Below are positions 10,501 through 18,344 of a stretch of 64,000 nucleotides of DNA, one piece after another. This DNA is from Candidatus Latescibacterota bacterium (GTDB taxonomy: Bacteria > Latescibacterota > UBA2968 > UBA8231). Where the stretch lies: positions 2,240,001-2,304,000 of the forward strand of contig OZ241867.1 in NCBI GenBank assembly GCA_965203175.1, read 5' to 3'. Each line of letters begins with the position of its first letter. The stretch's first letter is position 1. The position numbers and the translations under genes are program-made. The notes under the pieces were generated by a model. The model had not been told where the DNA came from, searched no databases, and saw nothing but the letters and a program-made list of their open reading frames with translations.

Positions 10501-10689
10501 GGCGATGCGGTGCCTCCAGCGCCAGCGGCTGGCGAGGGCTTGGACGAAAAGCAGCAGATTGTGGAGGCACTGCAAGCGACCCACTGGAGAATCTATGGAG
10601 TACATGGTGCAGCCGCGTTGTTGAGTATGCACCCGGAGAAGCTGCGTTACCGCATGCAGAAATACGGGTTACAACGCCCGAAGAAGTAG
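7564..10689 (+). CDS. Sigma54-dependent activator fused to a Reg_prop beta-propeller and Y_Y_Y domain
   Basis: DGL..I..I.ED..G.LW repeats; YDALPVGEYCFEVRTMDRDG; GETGTGKG; ESELFGHEKGAFTGA; GTLFLDEIGD; WPGNVREL; FhlA-like C-terminal HTH. Confidence 0.93.
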   Translation: MSDISFEHVLSSQYTVFDGLAGMHVEDIYQDRQGFLWIATADGGVSRFDSARFDTFGLKDGLPNLTVMAIAEDADGRLLFGTFGGGLAAYDGREFQVYTTEHGLPSNKILGLQAQPDGLILVLTDAGVAWFVEGHCIRCITEVGGQPLKRVRDMATDAGGTTWLATMNRGVLSLDGRYMGMSEGAGQWPWKFAQEPSGYLWISFHYTSSEVLIGCYDPQDQQLAFVDVGKGDEGVVQHGTRHVRADERGWLWLTHRGVMVYDGQEWHPFSASLPDIDFSATRLTYEDREGNIWIGLWGGGLVFCDPVSIRRYTEADGLPDREIRCLGEDPGGRIWIGTMGGMACMEEGQIRPVKTGEIVSAIVVDGQGQVWSGGDAGKVYKWEGQTPQAIPVTEETHPEEIAGLCEDGQGRIWVGTSESRFGWIEGNCFISLECGTALQDQDESFWIGSLLRDQDGVFWLGSVGEVPALYCYEDGHLRPADIAEVESIAYVNVLWEHQNTLWVGTGKGLFALNLQSRQVYHFTAEQFGLSANGILALTADSQDNIWMGTSGGGVLRYDGQTFQSIRLGPSALENMVEAVLCDRRGRLWFGTRAGLVAYQPGHAPPRLVIREVMAGTRLAAPEAVSCPESTPEIRIHFQGISFRTGAGQMRYSHRLLGHGPTEQWSAFTAADAVAYDALPVGEYCFEVRTMDRDGLLSEVASLEMQILPDAKTERIHALENVLRATDHVVHSQSWSMRQVLEQTMRVAETAMTVLVLGETGTGKGLLAQVIHETSTRRMRPFIHVNCGALPAGLVESELFGHEKGAFTGADSRQLGRFELADGGTLFLDEIGDLPLESQRVLLHILEENTLTRVGGQQPVPVDVRVIAATNRDLRQAIQEGTFREDLFYRLSVFTLELPPLRQRQEDIPALAVHFAERYAQHLQQPVPTLDEGVVAHLQAYAWPGNVRELEHLINRAVLLCEDGVIRVGDLLLPSVGHRVGDAVPPAPAAGEGLDEKQQIVEALQATHWRIYGVHGAAALLSMHPEKLRYRMQKYGLQRPKK

Positions 10690-10734
10690 CGCAGGACACA
10701 AGAGATTATACAGGAGGCCAACGGCCAACAAAAG

Positions 10735-10784
10735 TCGTGGAAGTCCACGAAAAAATCGTGGAAGTCCACGGAAAAATCGTGGAA
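10735..10784. repeat. 21-bp-period direct repeats (2.5 copies), each a palindrome CGTGGA-ag-TCCACG; probable enhancer (UAS)
   Basis: TCGTGGAA starts at 10735, 10756 and 10777, ~120-170 bp upstream of a sigma54 promoter. Confidence 0.75.
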
Positions 10785-10855
10785 ACCCTTGCGCCGATGG
10801 CGAGGAAGTGCCCTATAGAAAGACCGCTCCTATAATTCTAAATATCATGTTTTTC

Positions 10856-10881
10856 AATCCTTTAGGATATCCTAAAGGATT
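10856..10881. promoter_or_regulatory. Perfect 26-bp palindrome between the UAS and the sigma54 promoter
   Basis: AATCCTTTAGGAT|ATCCTAAAGGATT. Confidence 0.6.
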
Positions 10882-10902
10882 TTTTGTCGGCGGCCGAATG
10901 TT

Positions 10903-10917
10903 TGGCACGGAATGTGC
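10903..10917 (+). promoter_or_regulatory. Sigma54 -24/-12 promoter
   Basis: TGGCACG-GAAT-GTGC versus consensus TGGCACG-N4-TTGC. Confidence 0.75.
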
Positions 10918-10971
10918 TTATATATCCTCAGTAGTGCACCCTATTCACAACCTTATGCAAGGAGCCACATT

Positions 10972-11880
10972 ATGAGGTATCGGTTCATGCTAATCATCTG
11001 CTTGGCAACGCTGGGACTGGCCGACGCTGGCTGGGGGGAAGCCGACGGTAAAATCGCATTTATCTCCGGTCGCGACTCTGGTCGCGAAGAGCACCACCAT
11101 GACGTGTGGATTATGAATGCGGATGGGAGTGACCCTGTAAACCTGACCAAAGGACGGCATTGCACTAGCCCGGCTTGGTCCCCGGATGGCACGAAGATCG
11201 CCTATATCGGTGACATTTTTGACGACGAGCAGTACGGTGGGGAGATTTGGTTGATGGATGCCGACGGCGGCAACCCACAGCAACTAACAGACGATTCAGT
11301 CGATGGACTATTGCTTTCGTGGTCTGAAGATGGGCATAGCATTTACTATACCGTGCAGACTACGGACGGTCCGAGAAACTCTCCTAGTACATTTGTTTTG
11401 GCGCTGGACGGAAGTGGCTCCTCGCCCGTGGACAACTGGAGAGAGGTGCCCCACAATCGTCGCGCCAGTCGTTCCCCGGATGGAACCAAAGAAGCAATCG
11501 TCGTGCTGCAAGAACAAGGGGACGAAGAGGGCCATGTCCGCCTCTATGTCCGAGATGCGAGTGAAGACGAATTTATCCCCCGACCTACTGATGAGCACCC
11601 GGGTGTTCTCCTGTCTGGCATGCCCTCCCAGAGAGATGAGACCGAGCGCGACTGGACAGTGTCAACTCGTCCTACTTGGTCGCCCGATAGTATGAGGATA
11701 GCCTTCTCTTCTCGCGACGGCATTTGGGCCGTTGATATAGACGGGGGCAACTTGGTCGAACTGACCAACGGCTTAGGTGGAAACTCTCCTGCTTGGCAAC
11801 CGACTATCCCCGCTGCTACAAGCGTCGAGGCCCAGTCGTGGGGACGGATCAAAGCGCTACTTTCAACAGCTATCCGTTAA
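10972..11880 (+). CDS. Secreted TolB-like (PD40) beta-propeller protein with C-terminal TSVEAQSWGRIK motif
   Basis: Signal peptide MRYRFMLIICLATLGLADAGWG; repeats SPAWSPDGTKIAY and PTWSPDSMRIAF. SD AAGGAG precedes ATG 10972. Confidence 0.88.
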   Translation: MRYRFMLIICLATLGLADAGWGEADGKIAFISGRDSGREEHHHDVWIMNADGSDPVNLTKGRHCTSPAWSPDGTKIAYIGDIFDDEQYGGEIWLMDADGGNPQQLTDDSVDGLLLSWSEDGHSIYYTVQTTDGPRNSPSTFVLALDGSGSSPVDNWREVPHNRRASRSPDGTKEAIVVLQEQGDEEGHVRLYVRDASEDEFIPRPTDEHPGVLLSGMPSQRDETERDWTVSTRPTWSPDSMRIAFSSRDGIWAVDIDGGNLVELTNGLGGNSPAWQPTIPAATSVEAQSWGRIKALLSTAIR

Positions 11881-11891
11881 TCACGCCTCGT

Positions 11892-11923
11892 GCGTAGGGC
11901 GGTTAGCAAGCCCACCCCTACGC
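11892..11923. repeat. GTAG-type REP-like hairpin between convergent genes
   Basis: GCGTAGGG-cggttagcaagcccac-CCCTACGC. Confidence 0.5.
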
Positions 11924-12004
11924 GCCCTTCCGCTCCAACCCCGCCTTCTCTTGGACCCGCTGATCAAGAGAAGGCGGGAGCACAACACCCGTATCTATCG
12001 CCTA

Positions 12005-12958
12005 CTATTGATGCGCTCGGTTAATCAACACGGCACTCAAGATCAACGCCCCCCGCACCACGAGTTGCCAGTATTCGCTGATGTTCATCAGCGTCATGCC
12101 GTTGACCAAGATGCCCAAGAACACCACGCCGATCAGGGTGCCGCGTATCTGACCCTCGCCGCCCATCAAGCTAGTGCCGCCGATGATGACCGCGGCGATC
12201 ACGTCCAATTCCCACCCCCTAGCCGTCGTTGCCGCACCGGACATGATCTCGGCCGACTGCATGATGCCGGCCAGTGCCGCCAAGAAGGCGACAATCGCCA
12301 TGACGGTGATCTTGATTTTGCCGACCTCAATGCCGCTCAATCGCGCGGCCTCGGCATTGCCACCCACTGCGTAGATCGAACGCCCCAGCGTGGTGTAGCC
12401 CATCAGGAAATGCGTCGTCAGAAAGACCAGTGCGAAGACCAGCGCCGGAAAGGGCACTCCGAGGAGATAACCGCCGCCTAGGAAATTGTACCACTCGGGA
12501 AAGGGCGTCAGCGGAAAGCCCCCGGTGATGAGTTGCGCCGATCCGGTCAAGACCGTCATCCACGCCAAGGTGATGATAAAGGTTGGTACCCCGAAGCGCA
12601 CGCGGATGAACCCGCTCAGGGCACCGACGCTCAAGCCCACCAATAAGGCCGCTAGCATGGCTACGGGTACTGCCAATTCTACCGCCAGCCCAGCCCCGGC
12701 CAAGTGCTGCGTCAAATAGGCGGTCAGGCAGCCGGCAAAAGCCACCGCCGACCCCACGCTCAGGTCGATCTCCCCGGAGATGATGACCATCGTCATGCCA
12801 AAGGCGATAATGCCCTGCATGGACACGTTGCGGAGCACGTTGAGCAGATTGTCCACGGAGAAAAACCCTTCGGCCTCAAACGCCAAGATCGCGCAGAGGA
12901 CGAAGAGAATGATCTCCATAATCGAGCGCTTCACCCACGCCAAAAGCCGTTCACGCAT
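12005..12958 (-). CDS. Sugar ABC transporter permease (RbsC-like)
   Basis: GEIDLSVGS, GRSIYAVGGNAEAARLSGI, ELDVIAAVIIGGTSLMGG. Confidence 0.95.
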   Translation of the reverse strand: MRERLLAWVKRSIMEIILFVLCAILAFEAEGFFSVDNLLNVLRNVSMQGIIAFGMTMVIISGEIDLSVGSAVAFAGCLTAYLTQHLAGAGLAVELAVPVAMLAALLVGLSVGALSGFIRVRFGVPTFIITLAWMTVLTGSAQLITGGFPLTPFPEWYNFLGGGYLLGVPFPALVFALVFLTTHFLMGYTTLGRSIYAVGGNAEAARLSGIEVGKIKITVMAIVAFLAALAGIMQSAEIMSGAATTARGWELDVIAAVIIGGTSLMGGEGQIRGTLIGVVFLGILVNGMTLMNISEYWQLVVRGALILSAVLINRAHQ

Positions 12959-14453
12959 TGCGGGTCTCCCCCATGCAGCGCAGCGCTAGCTCGTCGGTGC
13001 TGATTTCTCCGGGCCGCACTTGGCCTTCGATTCGTCCCTCGCGCATGATTAAGATCCGGTGGCAGACTTCAACTAGCTCTTCCAGTTCGGTCGATACAAA
13101 AAGCGAGGCGATGCCCTGACGGCTCAAATCCCACATGGCTTCGAAAATCTGCTGCTTGGCCTGCACGTCTACGCCGCGCGTCGGCTCGTCGAAGAGGATG
13201 ACCCGCGGACGATTGCCCAGCCAATTGCCCAGTACCACCTTTTGCTGGTTCCCTCCGCTCAGCGCCGAGACTGGGGCCTCGGTGTCGGCGACTTTGATTT
13301 CGAGTTGGGTTACTAGTGCGTCCACTACGGATTGCTCTTCCACGCGGGTGATGTACCCTCGGCGGGCGATCCGGTCCATGCTCGCCAAGCACATATTGGC
13401 GCGAATGCTATGGGCCTGGATCAGGGCTTCTTCCTTGCGGTTCTCAGGCGTAAAGGCCAAGCCCTGCGCCTTCATTTTCGGGGGGGTTGGCGCTTGTACG
13501 CGCTGGCCTTGGATCAATATCTGCCCGCGGTCGCAGGCGTCTGCGCCGAAGAGGGCGCGCAGCAGTTCGGTGCGGCCCGCGCCCAACATCCCGGCAATGC
13601 CGAGGATTTCGCCTTCGTAGAGCGCGAAGCTCACATCGGTGAAGGAGTCTCCGCGCGACAAGCCCTGCACTTCCAGCACTGGAGTCGCGCCCGGCTGCAA
13701 ATCATCCGGCCGCTCTTGTTGTGCGACTTCGCCGAACATCATTTGCACTATCTCCGCGATGCTCGTGTCCTGCATCGCCACCGTACCGATGTGATGCCCG
13801 TCGCGCAGCACCGTAATTCGGTCGGCGATAGAGTGCAATTCCTGTAGGCGGTGAGAGATGTAGATGATTGCCACGCCCGCTGCCGCCAGCCCTTTGACCA
13901 CGCGGAAGAGTTGTTCGGTCTCGTGCGTCGCCAGCGCCGAGGTCGGCTCGTCGAGGATGAGCACGGCCGGGTCAAAGGACATGGCCTTGGCGATCTCGAC
14001 GATCTGCTGCTGCGCCACCCCGAGATCGCCGGTGCGCACTCGGACGTCGATGGCGACTCCCAGCCTTGCGAGAACCGCCTCGGCCCGTGCGTAGGTTGCC
14101 GTCCAGTCGATGAGTCCGCGCCGCTTCGGCGTCCGGCCGAGCAAGATGTTCTCGGCTACGGTCAGCCCTGGAACCAAGCTTAGTTCCTGATAGACCATGG
14201 CGATGCCATAGTCAAAGGCGTCCTGCGGCGAGCGCAGCGCGACTGGTACCCCATCGCAGAGGATCCGCCCTCTGCTTGGAGCGACCGATCCGGCTAGGAT
14301 CTTGACCAGCGTGCTCTTGCCAGCGCCGTTTTTGCCGATTAGCGCGTGGACCTCGCCGGGGGCAAACCCCACCGAAACCTCGTCGAGTGCCACCGTCCCT
14401 GGGTAATCCTTGCCGAGGTTTTCGACTGCTAGTTTGAAGGAAGACTGACTCAC
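12951..14453 (-). CDS. Sugar ABC transporter ATP-binding protein (RbsA-like, two NBDs)
   Basis: GKNGAGKST, LDEPTSAL, LSGGNQQK, DEPTRGVDV. Confidence 0.95.
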   Translation of the reverse strand: MSQSSFKLAVENLGKDYPGTVALDEVSVGFAPGEVHALIGKNGAGKSTLVKILAGSVAPSRGRILCDGVPVALRSPQDAFDYGIAMVYQELSLVPGLTVAENILLGRTPKRRGLIDWTATYARAEAVLARLGVAIDVRVRTGDLGVAQQQIVEIAKAMSFDPAVLILDEPTSALATHETEQLFRVVKGLAAAGVAIIYISHRLQELHSIADRITVLRDGHHIGTVAMQDTSIAEIVQMMFGEVAQQERPDDLQPGATPVLEVQGLSRGDSFTDVSFALYEGEILGIAGMLGAGRTELLRALFGADACDRGQILIQGQRVQAPTPPKMKAQGLAFTPENRKEEALIQAHSIRANMCLASMDRIARRGYITRVEEQSVVDALVTQLEIKVADTEAPVSALSGGNQQKVVLGNWLGNRPRVILFDEPTRGVDVQAKQQIFEAMWDLSRQGIASLFVSTELEELVEVCHRILIMREGRIEGQVRPGEISTDELALRCMGETRNA

Positions 14454-15436
14454 TGATTGCCGAGGGCGATCAGGTCCGCGAGCCGCGAGCCGAAGGCCCG
14501 CACGCCATCCGGGTCGCGGCGCGCTACAAGCACCCCGTCCATCACTACCTTGGGCGCGACATCTTGCCCTTTGAGCGCCGCGATGGCTAGCCCCATGGCC
14601 TTTGTGCCCAATTCGAAAGGGGTCTGGGTGGTGAGGGCCTGCAAGATGTTGTCCTCGGCGAGCATGAACTCGACGAGCTGCTGGCTGGCATCGGTGCCAA
14701 AGACGACTACCTTCCCCTCGCGGCCGGCGTTTTTGACCGCCATTACCGACCCGACGGTGCCGCCTTCGTTGGCAGACCAGATGATGTCGATTTCTGGGTG
14801 GGCTGTGAGAATGTCCCCGGCTTTCTTGAGCGCCATTTCTGGCAGCCAGGCGTCCTGCTCGGCGACGAATTCCACGCCCGGCAACTGCCCGACCACCTCG
14901 ACGAACCCGTTGCGGCGCGCGTCGCTTTGCTCGGCGAGTTGCGACTTGAAGGCGAGGGTTGCAATTTTGGCTTGCCCTCCTAGCTGCTCTTCGATGTAGC
15001 GCCGTGCCACAAGCCCGGTCTGTCGGCCCAAGTCCCCTTGGTCGCTCTCGATATAGGCGGTGGGGATATCCCCTTCTACCGTTGTATTGTACGTCACCAC
15101 CACGATCCCGGCGTCCTTGGCTCGTTGCAAGGCAGTGGCCGAGGCTTTGGCGCTCAGCGGCGAGATCACAATGGCATCGACGCCGCGCGCGATATAGGTG
15201 TTGACTAGCTGAATTTCCTTGTCTGGCTTATTCGCGCTATTGGCCAGCAGCAGCTCGACGCCCGCTTTGTCGGCCGCGTCCTGCATCCCAAACTGGATCA
15301 GGCGGAAGAATTGGTCCTCCTGAAAGACGATCCCGGCGATTTTGAGTTTTTTCTCTGCTGGTGCTTCCTGCTGATCGCCGCAGCTTAGGGCGACTAGTCC
15401 CAAAACGGCTGCGATAGTCCATTGGCGCAATGTCAT
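14450..15436 (-). CDS. Sugar ABC transporter substrate-binding lipoprotein
   Basis: Lipobox LVALSC; periplasmic binding protein type 1 pattern; operon context. Confidence 0.92.
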   Translation of the reverse strand: MTLRQWTIAAVLGLVALSCGDQQEAPAEKKLKIAGIVFQEDQFFRLIQFGMQDAADKAGVELLLANSANKPDKEIQLVNTYIARGVDAIVISPLSAKASATALQRAKDAGIVVVTYNTTVEGDIPTAYIESDQGDLGRQTGLVARRYIEEQLGGQAKIATLAFKSQLAEQSDARRNGFVEVVGQLPGVEFVAEQDAWLPEMALKKAGDILTAHPEIDIIWSANEGGTVGSVMAVKNAGREGKVVVFGTDASQQLVEFMLAEDNILQALTTQTPFELGTKAMGLAIAALKGQDVAPKVVMDGVLVARRDPDGVRAFGSRLADLIALGNQ

Positions 15437-15476
15437 GTGTACCTCTCTGAGCGTGTTGTTGCGTTTAACGGCTCCG

Positions 15477-16370
15477 TTAGGGACGTAGGTGTTTTTCTAG
15501 CCACGGAAAAATGATGCGCTGTTGAGCGGGCATTCGAATGAGATGGCCACTTTGGTGCCAAATCAACTCTTTGGACTGGGGCAAAGCGTCATATAACTCT
15601 TCTACCGCCGCCTTGGTCGCGTACTCGTCCTCGGTGGCATTGACCATCAGGACTGGTGCCGAGACGCGCGGAGCAAAGTTGAGTGAATTGGCAAATCGAC
15701 CGAATGGCCCCGTGGTCGGGAATTCTCCGGCTGCCGTAACGACAAGTACCAGCCCGGCTAGGCGAGGGTCAAGCCCGGCGGCGCGGATGCCGATAAGGCC
15801 GCCCATGCTTTCGCCCATCACTGCAATGCGCGTCGTATCGACCTGCGTGCGCGTATAGAGATAGTCAATAGCTCGGCGCGTATCGGTGGCCTGCTGGATC
15901 GTGCGTTCGCGCCATTCGTATAGCCCCATGTCTTTATTTTGTTCGGAGTCGAAGCGTTCGCCGTAGCCATAGGCGTCAATGGCCAAGGCACAATACCCAG
16001 CCTGTCCTAGGATATCTAGCCAAGAACGGACCCAGTGGTGGTCGATGCCTTGTGAGCCGTTGTTGCCGTGTAGCAAGACGACGGCGGCGCAAGCGGAGTC
16101 GTCGCGCGGATAGGCGAACAGGCCGGGGACGACTTCGTTGTGGCTCGAACGGAAATGGACCTTATCGACAGCGTGGGGGTGCTGTGGATCGTAGATCTGC
16201 GTATCGAGTACTTTGGCGTGCAGCGGCAAGTCTGGATCGTAGGCGTAATAATCTGCGACTCGGGCAAAGGTGGGGTCGTCAATAGGCGTCCTATCGTCTG
16301 CTGCATCTTGGGCGGCAAGCGGGCAATAGGCTGCACAAAGCGCGATGAGTATGCGTGCAAAAAGGGCCAT
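15477..16370 (-). CDS. Secreted alpha/beta hydrolase (esterase family)
   Basis: Start MALFARILIALCAAYCPLAA; VVLLHG, nucleophile elbow GESMGG, C-terminal SGH. Confidence 0.82.
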   Translation of the reverse strand: MALFARILIALCAAYCPLAAQDAADDRTPIDDPTFARVADYYAYDPDLPLHAKVLDTQIYDPQHPHAVDKVHFRSSHNEVVPGLFAYPRDDSACAAVVLLHGNNGSQGIDHHWVRSWLDILGQAGYCALAIDAYGYGERFDSEQNKDMGLYEWRERTIQQATDTRRAIDYLYTRTQVDTTRIAVMGESMGGLIGIRAAGLDPRLAGLVLVVTAAGEFPTTGPFGRFANSLNFAPRVSAPVLMVNATEDEYATKAAVEELYDALPQSKELIWHQSGHLIRMPAQQRIIFPWLEKHLRP

Positions 16371-16497
16371 CTCGTATGTATATCTTATTCCTGCGTCAGT
16401 TGTAGGTTGAACAATGCCAACATCAGACTCCGACATTCGCACGGTCCCATCCACGACCGCGATGCGGAGATGCTGCCGCGATTTGGAGCGATCAGGC

Positions 16498-18285
16498 CTA
16501 TCCCTGTACCGGCTGCAAATTGAGCAACACCAACAGCCACACCCGGTGCCAGTAGGCGCTATTGATGTACGGGCTGTATTCCGAAGGCCAGTTGCGCCAG
16601 TAGGTTTGGTTGTGCGGAATGCGGTGATACCACTGCAAGAGCGGAATCGACGGGAGCTCGGCGAGCCAGATTTCCATGGCTTGGCGATACAATTGCACCA
16701 GTTGCGGATCGCGCGGCGAGACTTCCGCCATTTGATCGACGATCCGGTCGAATTTCTCGTTCTGCCAGCGCCAGACGGACTCGGCGGGCTGGCCGGTTGG
16801 CTGCACGAAGCGGCTGTGGTAGAGCCGCAGCGTAAAATACGGATCGCGCACGCCGCCGGCGTGCCCGGTGATAAAGGAGCGGGCCGTGCCGTGCGATATA
16901 CGGGTGTACGTGTCTGGGGTATTGCGGAAGTCGGCGTCAAAACCTGCTCGCTCTAGCTGGGCGACCAAGACCGGCGTTATGTCTTGGAAGATCGGGAAGA
17001 TGTCGATGAGCATTTCAAATGGCTCGCCGTCTTTGGTCCAATAGCCCTTGGCGGACCGCTGCCAGCCCATGCTCCGCATCAGGGCCGCGCTCTTGTCTAG
17101 GTCAAAGACGCCTATTTCGTATTCCTCCAACAGATCCTCGACCTCGCTGAAGTACGGCCTAAGGGCCGGGTAGTCGGGCAAGGGTAGGAGCGTAAAAATT
17201 CCGGCTCCCTGCCAGCCCACTTCCACTAATTGCTGCCGGTTGATGGCATAGTTGATCGCCCGCCGCACGCCCACGTCTGAGAAGGGGGCTTCAAGGTTGT
17301 TGAAGCCGAGGGAAATGGGCCAGAAATCGACGTAGCCGTACGGCGGCTCGCGCCCGGTCCAAGTCGTCACCTTGGGATTTTTGTCGAGTACGGTCAGGAT
17401 GTTGGGCGGACGCAGGTCGAGGCTGGTGTCAATGTGGTTGGTAATCAGGTTTTGGACGCGCTTGGCCTCCTCCATGTAAGGCAGGTAGATGATGCGCTCG
17501 ACTTTGGGCAGGGATTGGAAGCCGGTGGCCGCGGCCCACCAGTCTGGCCGCAGGTCCCAGATGCGCTGTTGCGGCGTGGAGAGCACCAGCTTGTACGGCC
17601 CGGAAAACACGGGCCAGCCTTTTTGCGGATCGAAGTTTTCAAAGGTGTCTGGCGACTGCCCTTCCCACACGTGCTTGGGCACAATCGGCACCCCACTGCC
17701 GAAGTTGTGGGTGAAATACGAGAAGACAAAGCGCGGATTGGGCGCGGTCAGGGCTATGCGCGCCGTCAGGCTATCGACGGCCACGGCCTCTTGGACCCAA
17801 TTTTTTATGTCGGTTGAATAGGACAACAAAGGTGCGTTGTCCTTGAGCATGTTGATCGTAAAGACCAAGTCGTGCGCCGTCCACGGCATGCCGTCGCTCC
17901 ACTGGACCCCCGGGCGAATGGTGATTTCCACTTCGGTATAGGCGTCGTTGAAGCGGTGGTCTGTGGCGATCCAGGGAATTAGCTTGCCCTTAAAGGCATT
18001 GTAAAAGTACAGCGGCTCGAAAACGAAATTGTACCCAGTGCGCGAGGTGGATTCCGGCCGATAGGGGTTGAAGGTATTGTAGTCTTTGATCTGCCCGGCG
18101 CACGTGCCGCTTTCGGCGCAATCCATGATCAAGGTGCGGTTGCGCGGGACCTGTATTAGTGCCGATTCTTCGACCTCGGCGTCCTCGGGCTGGTCGGCCG
18201 CGTCCGATGGCTCTTGGTCTGAGGGGGTATCGCCGCAGCCGCTAAGCAGCCACGCGCTGAGCAATGTGCAGATACTGCGTTTCAT
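16498..18285 (-). CDS. ABC transporter family-5 (peptide/oligosaccharide) substrate-binding lipoprotein
   Basis: Lipobox LLSGC; WSDGMPWTAHDLVFT; VRRAINYAINR. Confidence 0.93.
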   Translation of the reverse strand: MKRSICTLLSAWLLSGCGDTPSDQEPSDAADQPEDAEVEESALIQVPRNRTLIMDCAESGTCAGQIKDYNTFNPYRPESTSRTGYNFVFEPLYFYNAFKGKLIPWIATDHRFNDAYTEVEITIRPGVQWSDGMPWTAHDLVFTINMLKDNAPLLSYSTDIKNWVQEAVAVDSLTARIALTAPNPRFVFSYFTHNFGSGVPIVPKHVWEGQSPDTFENFDPQKGWPVFSGPYKLVLSTPQQRIWDLRPDWWAAATGFQSLPKVERIIYLPYMEEAKRVQNLITNHIDTSLDLRPPNILTVLDKNPKVTTWTGREPPYGYVDFWPISLGFNNLEAPFSDVGVRRAINYAINRQQLVEVGWQGAGIFTLLPLPDYPALRPYFSEVEDLLEEYEIGVFDLDKSAALMRSMGWQRSAKGYWTKDGEPFEMLIDIFPIFQDITPVLVAQLERAGFDADFRNTPDTYTRISHGTARSFITGHAGGVRDPYFTLRLYHSRFVQPTGQPAESVWRWQNEKFDRIVDQMAEVSPRDPQLVQLYRQAMEIWLAELPSIPLLQWYHRIPHNQTYWRNWPSEYSPYINSAYWHRVWLLVLLNLQPVQG

Positions 18286-18344
18286 GTTAGACCTCGCCTC
18301 GATTTAGAGTGAAAGGGCCGCGCCGATTGAGCGCGAGCAAACCT

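Noticed and set aside
10730-10790. 21-bp repeats as a mini CRISPR array
   Set aside because: No unique spacers, only 2.5 contiguous units and no cas genes. The position fits an enhancer.
16371-16940. N-terminal extension of ORF 15477..16940
   Set aside because: It overlaps the binding-protein gene in another frame; a signal peptide starts at 16370.
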